Shown here one piece after another: positions 50,526 to 64,000 of a stretch of 64,000 nucleotides of DNA. Location: positions 930,001 to 994,000 of the forward strand of contig NC_135916.1 of NCBI RefSeq assembly GCF_964194155.1, given 5' to 3'. Made by a program: the position numbers and the translations under genes. Source of the stretch: Cetorhinus maximus. Taxonomy: Eukaryota. Under the pieces are notes generated by a model, which saw only the letters and a program-made list of their open reading frames with translations, searched no databases and was not told the DNA's origin. The number at the start of each line of letters is the position of its first letter. The first letter of the stretch is position 1.

Positions 50526-51499
50526 ATATTATATGGGATCTTTGGTGTTGAATTTATGGTGTTGCTTTATGAATGCTGGGTGCACTCAAGGATTAATTCT
50601 GTAAATTTCAATCAGCTTTAATACCTGGTATTTAAATTACAGGCGACGTTCTACTCTTGTGACATGAAAGGGCTGCCCTTCAATCTGATAATGGCTGTGA
50701 TTGTTGACTGCAATTGGTGGACCTGCAATTCAGCAGTACTGAGTAGGAGTGTACTGTAGTAAAATTATTCCACCTCCCCTGAGTGTCTGACCATTGGATG
50801 GAGCATTTGTACCTGGGTTTGAGATCAATTTGAGCCTGACTATTTCTGTTCTCGGTGATGGTGGAGCTGATGTTCTGTCTGTATCTCTGCACTCTCGGAG
50901 TAACATCGTGCCTGCTGTCAGTTAGAAAGAGGTGGCTAGACGTTTATTTTTCCTGGGATATCATCAGCTTGAAACTGATCCCTTCATTGATTTGCCTGGA
51001 GGAAGAAACATAAGTCTTGTAACACAAAATCAGCAGAGGACATTGAAAAACAATAGGTCAACATAATCTTTCAACTGACAATAAATAAAAAAATATATAT
51101 CTAGATGCAAAACATAACGATACAATAAATACTACAGTGTCTGATTCCACGTCAGCAACCTGCTTTGGTAGTTTTCAAGCAATTGAGTGACACTCAGAAA
51201 CAATCCACATCTGTATGGCTCCAAGGGTGACACTCCCCGAGGATACAAAGACAGTTCAGATATCAATATCCAGCTCTCAGCCGGTGCTAAAATGTTTATA
51301 TCTTAATAGCTGGTGCCTCCAAAGCGTGACCCCTACATGGTTACTCTCCTCCTTACTCTCTGCCTGTTACCACTGTTCACTGTCCAAATGCCGACAAGTT
51401 GCATGAATCAGCAGCTATACTTGGAATATGCATTACAGGTTTGAGGGGAGAAAATCCCAATAGTTTACAATTGCAGCTTCCTCAGGTTCTGTCTCCCTC

Positions 51500-51970
51500 A
51501 GCAGGGCCACACACAGCCCCAGAAAGGCCTCTCCCCGACCACCCGCTCACTCCAAGTTCCGGAACACGTTCGCGCTCCGCTCCGCCTCTTACAAACAGCC
51601 CCCGGTTCCCCCTGAACTTACCCCGAGTCAATGATGATTTCTGTGTCCACACTGACAAACCGGTGCCCTGCTGGAATCAGAACGCTGTTTACTCGCTTAC
51701 CCGGGCCCTAAGATTTCCATTTCTATCTGTTTGAAACAAAGGTCTCCCGCTCACTGAGTGAAAGGCCCTCAAAGGTCAATTCTTGGGAGAAATGAGGGGC
51801 GCATGCGCTCTTCTAGCCATGTCTGAGAAAACTGAGGGCAGCAATGCGCAAGCGCTTCCCTGGAACAGACGTCACAGAACAGACGTCATTTGCTCCGCCC
51901 CTCAGTCAATGTTCTCCAGCTTGAGCATCACAATGGGTCTGTGTGGAACGGGCAGAGTTTCAGGCAGGTA
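51500..51970. promoter_or_regulatory. CpG-rich promoter-like segment with NRF1-type sites, paralogous to 29630-30130
   Basis: TCACTGAGTGA at 51751-51761, GCGCATGCGC at 51799-51808, TGCGCAAGCGC at 51845-51855, GACGTCA twice, CCGCCC. Confidence 0.6.
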
Positions 51971-52069
51971 GACGATTCCTGAATGAAGCTCAAACTGATA
52001 TCGCTCCCTGCAGCATCTTAGCTGTTCATTCACCGGTTTAGCAAATCAATCCGCCCAGTGAATCTATGT

Positions 52070-54555
52070 CAAAAAAAAACAGAATTACCTGGAAAAACTC
52101 AGCAAGTCTGGCAGCATCGGCGGAGAAGAAATCAGTTAACGTTTCGAGCCGTCTCAATTTCTCTGCTCCTCTCACCCATTCTAATCTGTCTCTCTCTGAA
52201 CTCACTGCACTCCGTTCTCTCAGGTCCAACCCCAACATTGTCATCAAACCCGCTGACAAAGGTGGTACTGTTGTTGTCTTGCGCATGGACCTCTACCTCG
52301 CGGAGGCTGAGCGTCAACTCGCAGACGTTTCCTCCTACCTCTCCCTGGACCATGACCCCACCACAGAACATCAAGCCATTGTTTCCAGGACTGTCACTGA
52401 CCTCATCTCCTCTGGAGATCTTCCTCCCACAGCTTCCAACTTGATAGTCGCCCAACCTCGGATGGCCTGCTTCTACCTCCTACCCAATATCCACAAACAG
52501 AACTGTCCTGGCAGACCGATCGTGTCAGCCTGTTCCTGCCCCACGGAACTCATTTCTCGTTATCTTGACTCCCTTCTCTCTCCCCTTGTCCAGTCCCTTC
52601 CCACCTACATCCGTGATTCCTCTGACACCTTACGTCACATCAACAATTTCCAGTTCCCTGGCCCCAACCGCTTCCTCTTCACCATGGATGTCCAATCCCT
52701 CTACACCTCCATCCCCCACCAGGATGGTCTGAGGGCCCTCAGCTTCTTCCTTGAACAGAGGCCCCAACAATCCCCATCCACCACTACTCTCCTCCGTCTG
52801 GCTGAACTTGTTCTCACACTGATCAATTTCTCCTTTAACTCCTCTCACTTCCTCCAAATAAAAGGTGTGGCTATGGGTACCCGCATGGGCCCCAGCTATG
52901 CCTGTCTCTTTATGGGGTATGTGGAACATTCCTTGTTCCAGTCCTACTCCGGCCCCCTCCCACAACTCTTTCTCCGGTACATCGATGATTACTTCGGTGC
53001 TGCTTCATGCTTTCGTCGGGACCTGGAAAAATTTATTAATTTTGCTTCCAATCTCCACCCCTCCATCATCTTCACATGGTCCATCTCTGACACTTCTCTT
53101 CCCTTCCTTGACCTCTGTCTCAATTTCTGATGATAGACTGTCCACCAATATCCATTACAAGCCTACCGACTCCCACAGCTACCTCGACTACAGCTCCTCA
53201 CACCCCGCTTCCTGTAAAGACTCCATCCCATTCTCTCAGTTCCTTCGCCTCCGTCGCATCTGTTCTGATGACACTACCTTCAAAAACAGCTCCTCTGACA
53301 TGTCCTCCTTCTTCCTTAACCGAGGTTTTCCATCCACGGTCGTTGACAGGGCCCTCAACCGTGTCCGGCCCATATCCCACGCATCCTCCCTCACGCCTTC
53401 TGCTCCTTCCCAGAAACATGATAGGGTCCCCCTTGTCCTCACTTATCACCCCACCAGCCTCCGCATTCAAAGGATCATCCTCCGCCATTTCCGCCAACTC
53501 CATCATGATGCCACCACCAAACACATCTTCCCTTCACCCCCCTTGACGGCATTCCGTAGGGATCGTTCCCTCCGGGACACCCTGGTCCACTCCTCCATCA
53601 CCCCCTACTCCTCAACCCCCACTTATGGCACCTCCCCATGCCCACGCAGAAGATGCAACACCTGCCCCTTCACTTCCTCTCTCCTCACCGTCCAAGGGCC
53701 CAAACACTCCTTTCAAGTGAAGCAGCATTTCACTTGCATTTCCCCTAACTTAGTCTACTGCATTCGTTGCTCCCAATGCGGTCTCCTCTACATTGGAGAG
53801 ACCAAACGCAAACTGGGCGACCGTTTTGCGGAACAACTGCGGTCTGTCCGCAAGAAAGACCCAAACCTCCCTGTCGCTTGCCATTTCAACACTCCACCCT
53901 GTTCTCTTGCCAACATGTCTGTCCTTGGCTTGCTGCATTGTTCCAGTGAAGCCCAACGCAAACTGGAGGAACAGCACCTCATCTTCCGACTAGGCACTTT
54001 ACAGCCCACTGTGCTGAATATTGAATTCAACAACTTTAGATCTTAAACTCCCCCTCCCCCCATCCCCACCCCGTTTCTTTTCCCCCCCCCACCCGCTTTT
54101 TTTTCAATAATTTATATAGATTCTTCTTTCCCCACCTATTTCCATTATTTTTAAATCTAAAACTAAAACCTTTAGTCTTTCCACAGCACCCCCACTAGAG
54201 CTGTACTTTGAATATCCAGTTTTCCATTCTTAATTAGCACTTTTCTCAGACAAAGAACTCCACCTTCAACACCTCTTTGATCCTTTTGTCTGTGACATCT
54301 TTTGATTAACTGCTCACACCACACCCTCAATGTGTCTCTTTCCCCCACCCCCCCACCCCCCACCCACCTTAAACCAATTTATATTTCTCCCCTGTTGAAA
54401 CTATGCTGCAGTTCTGCCGAAGGGCCATGAAAGCTCGAAACGTTAACTGATTTCTTCTCCGCCGATGCTGCCAGACTTGCTGAGTTTTTCCAGGTAATTC
54501 TGTTTTTGTTTTGGATTTCCAGCATCCGCAGTAGCTTTTAGCTTTTTGTTTTTAT
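52070..54555 (+). mobile_element. Penelope-like element, 5'-truncated, with inverted partial pLTR
   Basis: 14-bp TSD CAGTGAATCTATGT at 52056-52069 and 54556-54569; 52075-52148 is the reverse complement of 54433-54506. Confidence 0.93.
52149..54046 (+). pseudogene. Penelope RT + GIY-YIG endonuclease ORF with one frameshift
   Basis: KPADKGG, GRPIVS, MDVQSLYTSI, GVAMG, RYIDD, PFLDL; -2 frameshift at ~53114; NLVYCIRCSQCGLLYIGET..R. Confidence 0.92.
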
Positions 54556-55389
54556 CAGTGAATCTATGTGTTTGCTGTGACCAGGCAGAAGTTAATGTCT
54601 GGTCTTAAAAGTCACTCTTTAATATAATCAGTTTGAACCTCTCAGTCACTGAGTGTCAATTCGAACATTTTGTGTCCAAAGTTTAAAGAGAGCTCCAGAG
54701 GTTATGGATCATTACATTTCGGATACTATTCACCTCACCCACTGGCATTACTTCTGTTTGTGTGATAGAAATGTGTCTGCCTTTGGCCCAGTAATAGCTG
54801 GAGCTGAATCACGTCATCTCTCACCTCTGTGGGTCTGTCAGTTTTAAATTAGTTTTCCCTATCAGGTTCAGAATCTTCGGTGTTTCAAAAAGGAAACCTC
54901 TCAATCTTCTAAGTTCCAATGATTAAAAGTTCAACTTGTTTATGATTCCCTCATCAGCCCACAGCATCATTTCAGGAATCTAGTCAGGAAAATTCACTGA
55001 ATAATTTCAATATAATTATATCCCTCTCTGGTTCTAAAAGATGTTTGGGACAAAATTATTATTTATCATATTTTTATAATCTTTTGAAATAATTATAAAA
55101 TGTATGCCTCTATCCGATGATAGATGCGAGGGCCACTCATTGCTATATTGACACGTGGTAGCAATAGAGAGAGCGATTTCTCTGTTTCTCCCTCCCTTGC
55201 TCCTTTTATCTCCTTCACTCTTGCTCCCTCCCCCCCCCTATCTCGCGACTTCTGTTACTAATGTTAATGATAGGTCAATATACACTGGCAATGTGAACAC
55301 TCGCCCCGTGTTATGAGTCAGAATGTCACTGTTCCTTCTCCTCTCGGAAATTCAGGCCTGACATTTGATCTGATTACTAAATTGATTTC

Positions 55390-55520
55390 AGGTGAAGAAG
55401 AGTCAGACTGACTCGAAAAGTTAACTCTGTCTTCCTCTCCACAGAGGCTCTCAGACCTGCTGAGTTTTTCCAGCTATTTTTGTTTTTGTTTCAGATTTAC
55501 AACACCCGCACTATTTTACT
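55390..55520 (+). mobile_element. Penelope pLTR remnant
   Basis: GAAGAAGAGTCAGACTGACTCGAAAAGTTAACT...CTGCTGAGTTTTTCCAG. Confidence 0.7.
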
Positions 55521-55802
55521 TTTATTTCATCGGATCATCTCCAAACCAAAATCAAAACAAACTCTGAAAACATCTTTCATTTTCAGGAACGTGACTATGC
55601 ACGTCTTTGTGTTCATATATAACTGGCCAGCTCTGGTTGTTGAGGTTGGGGTACATTGCAAACTGTGAAATTGTGACCTGTCAGTTCAGGAGGAGCAACA
55701 TAAACAGGGAAGTCTGGAGGGACCAGTTGCAGTAAATTTGTATTGTCACCAGAAATAAACATCTTGATGTGAGCTTTTCAGATAATAGCGTGAAATGACA
55801 TA

Positions 55803-56690
55803 TCACAGAATCACACAAAGTGCAGAAGAGGCCCTTCGGCCCATCGAGTCTGCACTGACACGTGAGAAACACCTGACCTACCTACTTAATCACATTTACC
55901 AGCACATAGCCCATAGGCCTGAATGTTATGACTTGCCAAGTGCTCATCCAGGCACTTTTAAAAGGTTGTGAGGCAACCCGCCACGACCACCCTCCAAGGC
56001 AGTGCATTCCAGACCCTCACCACCCTCTGGGTTAAAAAAGTTATTCCTCACAGTCGCCATGAACCACCTGCCCCTCACCTTGAACTTATACCCCCTTGTG
56101 ACTGACCCTTCAACTAAGGGGAACACCTGCTCCCTATCCATACTGTCTATGTCCCTAATAATCTTGTACACCTCGATCAGGTCGCCCATCAGCCCTCTCT
56201 GCTCCAACGTAAACAACACAAGAGAATCCAACCTCTTTTCATAACCTAAATGTTTCATACCAGGCCACATCCTGGTGAATCTCCTCTGCACCACCTCCAG
56301 TGCAATCACATCCTTCATATAATGTGGCCACCAGATTGTACTCCAGCTGTAGCCTCACCAAGGCTCTATACAACTCCAACATGACCTCCCTACTTTTGTA
56401 ATCTATGCCTCGATTGATTAAGGCAAGTGTCTCATGTGCCTTTCCCCCACCCCACTAACATGCCCCTCCACCTTCAGAGATCTAGGGACACACACGCCAA
56501 GGTCCCTTTGTTCCTCAGATCTTCCTAGTGTCATGCCGTTCATTGAATACTTCCTTGTCAAATTACTCCTTCCATAGTGTATCACCTCACAGTTTTCAGG
56601 GTAAAACTCCATCTGCCACTTATCTGCCACTTGACCATCCCGTCTATATCTTCCTGTAGCCCAACACACTCAACCTCGCCGTTAAACACC
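55803..56690 (-). mobile_element. CR1 3' fragment
   Basis: DKWQMEFYPENCEVIHYG, KDVIALEVVQRRFTR and the tail. Confidence 0.92.
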
Positions 56691-57413
56691 AATTTGCGAA
56701 TGAGACCATCTACGGCTCCCATGCCTCAGAGAGCTAAACGTTCGCTGAGTTTACAATCGACAATATTCTTCATAGAAAAGGGCGCAAAGTACGAAAAAGA
56801 GGAGGAATTCACGCCTGAGAGATTCACATTATTGACCGTTGTTGCCTGTAAACATGTACATCTGAACATTGTGTAAGAGAGTGTTGGAACTGGGCGGGCG
56901 AGTCAGAGGAATGAAACTGTGTTTGTGTGTCCGTTCTGATCATGAGATTTCCGAGTTCTGCTTGCCTAAACTAAAAATATTTTATATTCAAAAGTTCCCT
57001 CTTTTCCCCAGCTTGACGCCAAAGTGAGATTTAAAGGCAATTTCTTTGTTGTTATCTAGATTTCAGTCGATAAGTAGAGGACATGTCAGAGATCGGGTGA
57101 AGGAGCCGCAGTAAATCCGGTTTTAATCGAAATTCGAGTCTTCAGTTCGCGTCAAATCTTTTCAACAGCGAACATTACAATGTCAGAGATAAGAAGGATT
57201 CAGTCTGGGACACTGGAGAGCCGGAATTTCCATGGAATTGGGGAGTTTGTGAGGAGAGAAAAACACAGAGAGGCAGCAGCAGCCTGGAGCTGACAGCAGC
57301 CTGTCTCCGCCCCGTCCTCTCGCTGCCTTTAAGTTGCTCAGTGCCGCCACCAGCGGCTTCATTTCTCAGCCCGTTCAGATCGACAGAGACACTTTTGTGC
57401 AGAGTTCCGGAAC

Positions 57414-58070
57414 ATGACCGATACTGCAGCCGCCGAAACGGCTCCTCCAGCCGCTCCCGCCGTCCAAGTCAAGACTCCCAAGAAGAAGAAGAAGGCGGCT
57501 CCCCGGAGCAGTGCAGCCGGTCCCAAGCTGGGCGAGCAGATCCTCAAGGTTGTGGCGGATTGCAGCGATCGCAAGGGGATGTCGCTGCCCGCGATCAAGA
57601 AGGCGCTGCGCGGCAATGGGGTGGATGTGGAGAAACTCGGCTCCCAGATCAAGCAAAGCATCAAGAGGAATGTGAAGAATGGCTTCCTGGTTCAGGTCAA
57701 GGGCACGGGCGCCTCGGGCTCCTTCAAAGTCCCTAAGAACACAACCCCGGGGAAAGTGGGAAAGAAGGCGAAGGCAGCAGCTGGCAAGAAATCTCCAGTG
57801 AAGAAAGCGGCAGCCAAGAAGGTGACAGCAAAGAAAGCAACGGCCAAGAAGACTCCAGTCAAGAAAGCAACGGCCAAGAAGACTCCAGTCAAGAAAGCAG
57901 CGGCCAAGAAATCCCCAGCGAAGAAAGCAGCGGCCAAGAAACCAGCCAAGAAGGCGGCAACTCCCAAAAAGCCGGTGAAGAAAGCAGCCCCCAAGAAAAA
58001 GTCTCCGGCCAAGAAGGTGACGGGCGTCAAAAAAGTGGTGATCGGGAGGGCCAAGCCCAAAACGAGATAA
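57414..58070 (+). CDS. H1: Linker histone H1 (218 aa), second copy
   Basis: About six substitutions relative to 38669-39325; stem-loop at 58128-58143. Confidence 0.97.
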   Translation: MTDTAAAETAPPAAPAVQVKTPKKKKKAAPRSSAAGPKLGEQILKVVADCSDRKGMSLPAIKKALRGNGVDVEKLGSQIKQSIKRNVKNGFLVQVKGTGASGSFKVPKNTTPGKVGKKAKAAAGKKSPVKKAAAKKVTAKKATAKKTPVKKATAKKTPVKKAAAKKSPAKKAAAKKPAKKAATPKKPVKKAAPKKKSPAKKVTGVKKVVIGRAKPKTR

Positions 58071-58127
58071 GCAAAGACAGGAAAGAAGGGAAAGATCCCG
58101 AGCAAATTGTAAACCTCTAAACCCAAA

Positions 58128-58168
58128 GGCTCTTTTCAGAGCCACCCACATTTCACATGAAAGAGCTG
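58128..58168 (+). terminator. H1 stem-loop + HDE
   Basis: GGCTCTTTTCAGAGCC then GAAAGAGCTG. Confidence 0.95.
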
Positions 58169-58589
58169 ATCCCCTGATCATTTGATCCCTGTCTCGGGGC
58201 TGGGAGCTGATTTCAGATGGAAATGTTTCTTTATCCTCCCATGTAAATCCTATTTTCCCGCTCACTCACTGACACACTCTCCACCCGTCCCCTCCCGCAC
58301 TGTGCAATAAGACACAGGGATATCCTTACAGCTCCCTATCCGGGATGTGTCCGAGTGCATTCAATGTTTATCTTCGTTCCTTTATTCACATTTTCAGGGT
58401 CTGCAATGGAGTGATAATGGAGTAAAACCCCGTCTCACAACTAATAACCATACCTTTATATTTTCTCTAATTCTGTTGGATGAGGTGTCAAGCGAATTTC
58501 CCAATCCCATTTGGGGGTGTGGAAGGAAGGGTGAGGCTTGAGTCTAGAGATTTGTGTGTATAGAATATTACAAGGATTGAAATAGAAGC

Positions 58590-59022
58590 AAAAACAAAAA
58601 CAAAAATACCTGGAAAAACTCAGCAGGTCTGACAGCATGGGCGGAGAGGAACACAGTTTACGTTTCGAGTCCTCATGACCCTTCAACAGAACTAAGTAAA
58701 AGTAGAAAAGGGGTGAAATATAAGCTGGTTTAAGGGAGGGGGGTGGGACAAGAAGAGTTAGGTAGAGGGCCAGTGATACGTGGAGATAACCAAATGATGT
58801 CCCAGACAACAGGACAAAGAGGTGTTGAAGGTGGTGATATTATCTAAAGGAATGTGCTAATTAAGGGTAGAAAGCAGGACAAGCAAGGTGCAGATAGCCC
58901 TAGTGGGGGTGGGGGTGGAGTGAACGAATCGAAACAGGCTAAAAGGTAGAGATAAAACAATGGATATAAATACATTTAAGAATATTGGAAATATGTGGGG
59001 AAAGAAAAATCTATATACATTA
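58590..59022 (-). mobile_element. Penelope pLTR fragment in the H1-H4 spacer
   Basis: Similar to 32120-32560; absent from the paralogous spacer at 62020-62180. Confidence 0.85.
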
Positions 59023-59243
59023 TTGGATAAATAACTGCGTTTATGGCAGGCAGGAGGAGGAGCTGATTTACCAAAGACCTTGTTCTGACTGGTACTCAGT
59101 GTCTCCCGCCCCGTCTCTCACACACACAAACACACACACACTCTGTTTCTCTCTCTCTCTCCCTTCCTCAGTCAGGTCGGGGCGGGCTGTATAAAAGCGG
59201 AACGTGAAGCAGCTCCCCACTCATTCAGCAGCGATTTGACTGA

Positions 59244-59564
<321 letters not shown>

Positions 59565-59597
59565 ACAAATCGACCCGACTCTATAACAAAACCCAAA

Positions 59598-59640
59598 GGC
59601 TCTTCTAAGAGCCGCCCACAACCTCACATTGAGAGCAGTG
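59598..59640 (+). terminator. H4 stem-loop + HDE
   Basis: GGCTCTTCTAAGAGCC then GAGAGCAG. Confidence 0.92.
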
Positions 59641-61064
59641 ACTTCTGAAGGGGGACAGGGGAAAATAAATCTTTGTATTTTCTTATTAAGAGGCACTGCT
59701 TTGCCACCAATGCATCCTCTTTTCACAATACCATCGTGAGTTTCAAAAATACCTTGGTTTAATTTAGATCTGTTTTCACGAATTACCGTCCTTTCTACCC
59801 GACGACCACGGCTCTACCCAATGTAATGTCGAATTTCATCCGGAGAAACTATTCTTAAACCTTTTATTCCCCCTTCGACGCTCTAATTTTATTTTTTTTC
59901 CCCATCGGTTTCTGTTCCTGGGTCTTTGACGCATGACAGGACCTGGGAGGTACCAGCTTTATATGGATCAGCCTGTATCGATTCAGCATGTCTGAACAGA
60001 GCTTTATCCTGGCCTGCCTCTGAACAATCAGATAAAGAATCCGAATTCAAGACAGGTTATAAGGCAGACATTGACTGTCTCTTGCTGCCGATTATATTCA
60101 GAGCATATTTTACAGCCGGCATGAATCAGACCAATATCGATTTACAGACTTGAAAAGTAAAACTACCCTTAATCACCTCTATTCTGCAACACGGGCCGAA
60201 TAGAAGGTTTGAACAGATAGCTGTTTGATGGCCGCCCAGGACACGATGGACTTTTTCTATGTTGTACAACTTTATTTCTCTATCAGAAGGGAAAACTCTG
60301 CTTTTGGCGCTCGGTTTGGACTATACTAAACATGCATTTCTGAATAATTGTGGAAGAGAGTTTGAATGAAAGTGGGGTATTGGATAAATCCATTAAATTG
60401 AGGTCCACCGGGCAACGGCACATGGTTGTGATGTACAGTCAAAGGGCAAATGTTATTCAAACCCAACAAATAATGAAGCCGGAATGAGAGAGGGATGCAG
60501 TTTCCGCCAGTTCATTTTACCTATTACAATAATTAGAACATAATCGTTCATCAATGTAAATTTCGACAGATACACGGTTTACATAAACGGTCTGCAAGCC
60601 CCCCTCCCCCATAAAGACCCCACCGCGCACCCATTCACCTGCAGAAACAGGAACCACACCATTTTCTCTTAAACATCTATAGCGCGTTGACATGAATAAA
60701 CCGAGTCGGTTGATGAGGTTTCTGTGTGAGTGCCAAAATTTCCCCCATCAATAGGAGTTTTATTCCAGCCTGTTGCAAACCGATCAGGGAATGAATTAGA
60801 ATTTAATCCACGTTCCAAAGCAGGAAGTCGGAGCTGGGACCGAAATGGGACTTGCAAACATTGAGATATTATGATATTTCTACTTTGAGATTTATTTTAT
60901 CTGCCTTCAAACTAGGTTTATTTCAATGTCAGTTACTCGTCCCTCTGAAATTGGCGGGCATTTTGAAATTGATGAACTGTCAGTTTCTGCTCCACCAATC
61001 AGGGCCCAGAAATCCATGCAGCCCGCTGCTCTTTTCAAAGTTCTCGGCGGGATTCCTTCTTATA

Positions 61065-61495
61065 AATCCTTCTTATCTCTAACACTGTAATGTTCGCTGT
61101 CGAAAATATTTCACGCGAATTGAAGACTCCCATTTCGATTTAAACCTGATTTTCTGCGGCTCCTTCACCCGATCTCTGACATGTCCTCTACTCTTAGACT
61201 GAAATATCGAGAACAACAAAGAAATTGTCTTGAAATCTCACTTTGGGGTTAAGCTGGGGAGCAGGGGGTGTATTCCTTTGGAAAATATTTTTATCTTACC
61301 CAAGCGGGGCTCGGAAATTTCCTGATCAGAACGGACACACAAACACAGTTTCATTCCTCTGACTCGCCCGCCCACTTCAAACACTCTCTTACACAATGTT
61401 CACATTTAGAGGTTCATTGGCAACAAGATGAACAATTGTAAATGTCTCGGTAGAGATTTCCTTCTCTTTTCGATCTTTGCTCCGGTTTCTATTTA
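61065..61495 (-). repeat. Inverted copy of H1 upstream region
   Basis: Reverse complement of ~56770-57200 (e.g. AATCCTTCTTATCTCT, TCAGAACGGACACACAAACACAG). Confidence 0.88.
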
Positions 61496-61525
61496 TTTGC
61501 TAACATTAAACACTCTGAGGCATTG

Positions 61526-61615
61526 GAAGAAGGGAAAGATCCCGAGCAAATTGTAAACCTCTAAACTCAAAGGTTCTTCTCAGAGCCACCCACATTTCAC
61601 ATGAAAGAATTGATG
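61526..61615 (+). pseudogene. H1 remnant: 3' UTR, stem-loop and degenerate HDE without CDS
   Basis: GAAGGGAAAGATCCCGAGCAAATTGTAAACC as in both H1 genes; GGTTCT-TCTC-AGAGCC at 61572-61587. Confidence 0.88.
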
Positions 61616-62360
61616 CCCTGATTATTTGATCCGTGTCTCGGAGCTGGGAGCTGATTTCAGATGGAAATGTTTCGTTTTCCTCCCACGTAAATCCTATTTT
61701 CCCGCTCACTCACTGACACACTCTCCACCCGTCCCCTCCCGCACTGTGCAATAAGACACAGGGATATCCTTACAGCTCCCTAACCGGAATGTGTCCCAGT
61801 GCATTCAAAGTTTATCTTTTCTTTATTCACATTTTCAGGGTGAGAGTCTGCAATGGAGTAAAACCCCGCCTCACAACTAATACCCATACCAGTATATTTT
61901 ATCTTATTTTGTTGGATGAGGTGTCAGCGAATTTCTCAATCCCTTTTGGCGGTGTGGAGGGAAGGGTGAGGCGTGAGTCTAGAGATGTGTGAGTATAGAA
62001 TTTTACAAGGATTGAAATAGAAGCAGGCATCTGACTCTTTATAGAAAGTGTAGTATTGAGGGGGGAATATTGCCGACAGTATTGATTTTAATACGATTTT
62101 CTAAATAGCTGGTTTATGATGTTGGCGTGTTTAAGTTACTTTAACAGCTTTCTGTTCAGCTCTCTTCAAAATTTGATAAATAAATGCGTTTTTGGCAGGC
62201 AGGAGGTGGAGCTGGTTTACCAAAGACGTTAGTTGTGTCTGTCACTCGGTCTCTTCGCCCCGCCTCTCTCTCTCTCTCCCTTCCTCAGTCAGGTCGGGGC
62301 GGGCTGTATAAAAGCGGAACGTGAAGCAGCTCCCAACTCATTCAGCAGCGATTTGACTGA

Positions 62361-62681
<321 letters not shown>

Positions 62682-62714
62682 ACAAATCGACCCGACTCTC
62701 TAACAAAACCCAAA

Positions 62715-62758
62715 GGCTCTTCTAAGAGCCGCCCACAACCTCACATTGAGAGCAGTGA
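62715..62758 (+). terminator. H4 stem-loop + HDE
   Basis: GGCTCTTCTAAGAGCC then GAGAGCAG. Confidence 0.92.
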
Positions 62759-63799
62759 CCTCAGAGCAGGAGAGGAAAAGCGATATGTAGTTTTATATAA
62801 ACACTGCGTTTCCATCTGCGCATTCTCCATTAACAATATAATCGTGAGTCACACAAAATTCATGGTTTAATTTAGTTCGGTTTTCAGGAATTCGCTTCCT
62901 TTATACTTGCCGAATCTCGATTCAAAGCTTGACTGAGGAACACGACAGCTCCCAAACTAACACCGAGTTCACAAGATAAAGGCCATCATTTATTACACTT
63001 TAATCAGGAGTAACTATTTTGAGACACATCATTCTCGCTTCTTCGCCCCATTATCACCCTGTCTTCTTTCTTCGCCATCTGTTCCTGGGTCGTTGAGACA
63101 TGACAGGGTCTGGGAGGTACCAGTATACCAGCTTTAAATGGATCAGCCTGTATCCATGCAGCATGTTGTCTGGTTCCTGGGAGCACTGAACAGATTTATT
63201 CTGGCCTGTATCAGGGCGATCAATGAAATAACCCAAATTTAAACGGGAATGTAAGGCGAATATTGAGAGGCTGATTGAAAAATCTGACTACACTTAATCA
63301 CCTCGATTCTGCAACCCAGGACGGACTGAAGGGTGATGTGGAAGATCTGATTTTGGTGCATGGTTTGGACTGCGAAGATGCATTTACGCACATTGTGGAA
63401 GATAGTTCAAATATGTAAACTTAGATATTAACTTGATTTACAGAATGGGTGCGCAATCCGCCCACCCACATCGCCTCCCCCAGCCATAAAACACTAGAAA
63501 CAAGAGCCAAGCCATTCTCTCTATAACATCTATAGGGCTTTGACCTGAATAAACCGATAATGTTGATCAGTTTTAAATGTGAGACCCAAAATTTCGCCCA
63601 TCAATAGGAGTTTGATTCCAGCCTGCTGTAAGCCGATCAGGGAATGAAGGAGAATTTAGTCCGTGTTCGAAAGCAGGAAGTCGGAGCGGGGACCGAAATG
63701 GGGCTCGCAAACTTTCAGACCTTGTGATATTTGTCCATTCAGATTGATTTTATCTGTCTTCAAACTAGGTTTATTTTAATGTCAGTTACTCGTTCCTCT

Positions 63800-64000
63800 G
63801 AAATTGGCGGGCATTTTGAAATTGATGAACTGTCAGTTTCTGCTCCACCAATCAGGGCCCAGAAATCCATGCAGCCCGCTGCTCTTTTCAAATTTCTCGG
63901 CGGGATTGCGCTGCATCCAATCAGGACAGGAGGGAGGTGACGGACATGTCTTAAATAGACAGACACAGAGCGGCTTGATCATTCTCAGAGTCTGTGTTCC
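63800..64000 (+). promoter_or_regulatory. H3 promoter and 5' UTR; CDS expected just beyond the window
   Basis: 63950-64000 matches 42181-42231 (the H3 leader); two CCAAT boxes; TTGGCGG-GCAT-TTTGAA at 63804-63820. Confidence 0.9.

Noticed and set aside
52066-52148. MSKKNRITWKN... as the true N-terminus of the Penelope protein
   Set aside because: It is the inverted pLTR copy fused by chance in frame; the real N-terminal region, seen at 19400-19670, is missing here.

Overview
Vertebrate genomic DNA, most likely a shark or other chondrichthyan (inferred from its CR1/HER1-type LINE tails, tRNA-SINEs, Penelope elements and histone sequences). It is part of a replication-dependent histone gene cluster. 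There are nine intact intronless genes (2x H2B, H2A, 2x H1, 3x H4, H3), each with a 3' stem-loop, plus a histone 3' end at the left edge and an H3 promoter at the right edge. Several orphan histone promoters and 3' ends mark genes that were lost. The spacers hold many retroelements: a Tx1-clade LINE with intact ORF2, a near-complete Penelope element, CR1 fragments, SINEs, a solo LTR, and a 4-kb 56-bp minisatellite amplified from inside a LINE. The most unusual signal is a ~137-bp tRNA-headed element with twin GAAA-tetraloop hairpins. It occurs five times, most copies have their own target-site duplication, and all lie next to H2B-type promoters. Also notable are a Tx1 insertion with a 133-bp target duplication plus a templated 174-bp flank copy, a deletion-inversion that removed an H3 and an H1 gene, and an old ~19-kb duplication with homogenised histone genes and a shared NRF1-type orphan promoter. 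All observations were made by eye; repeat boundaries are approximate unless a junction is quoted.
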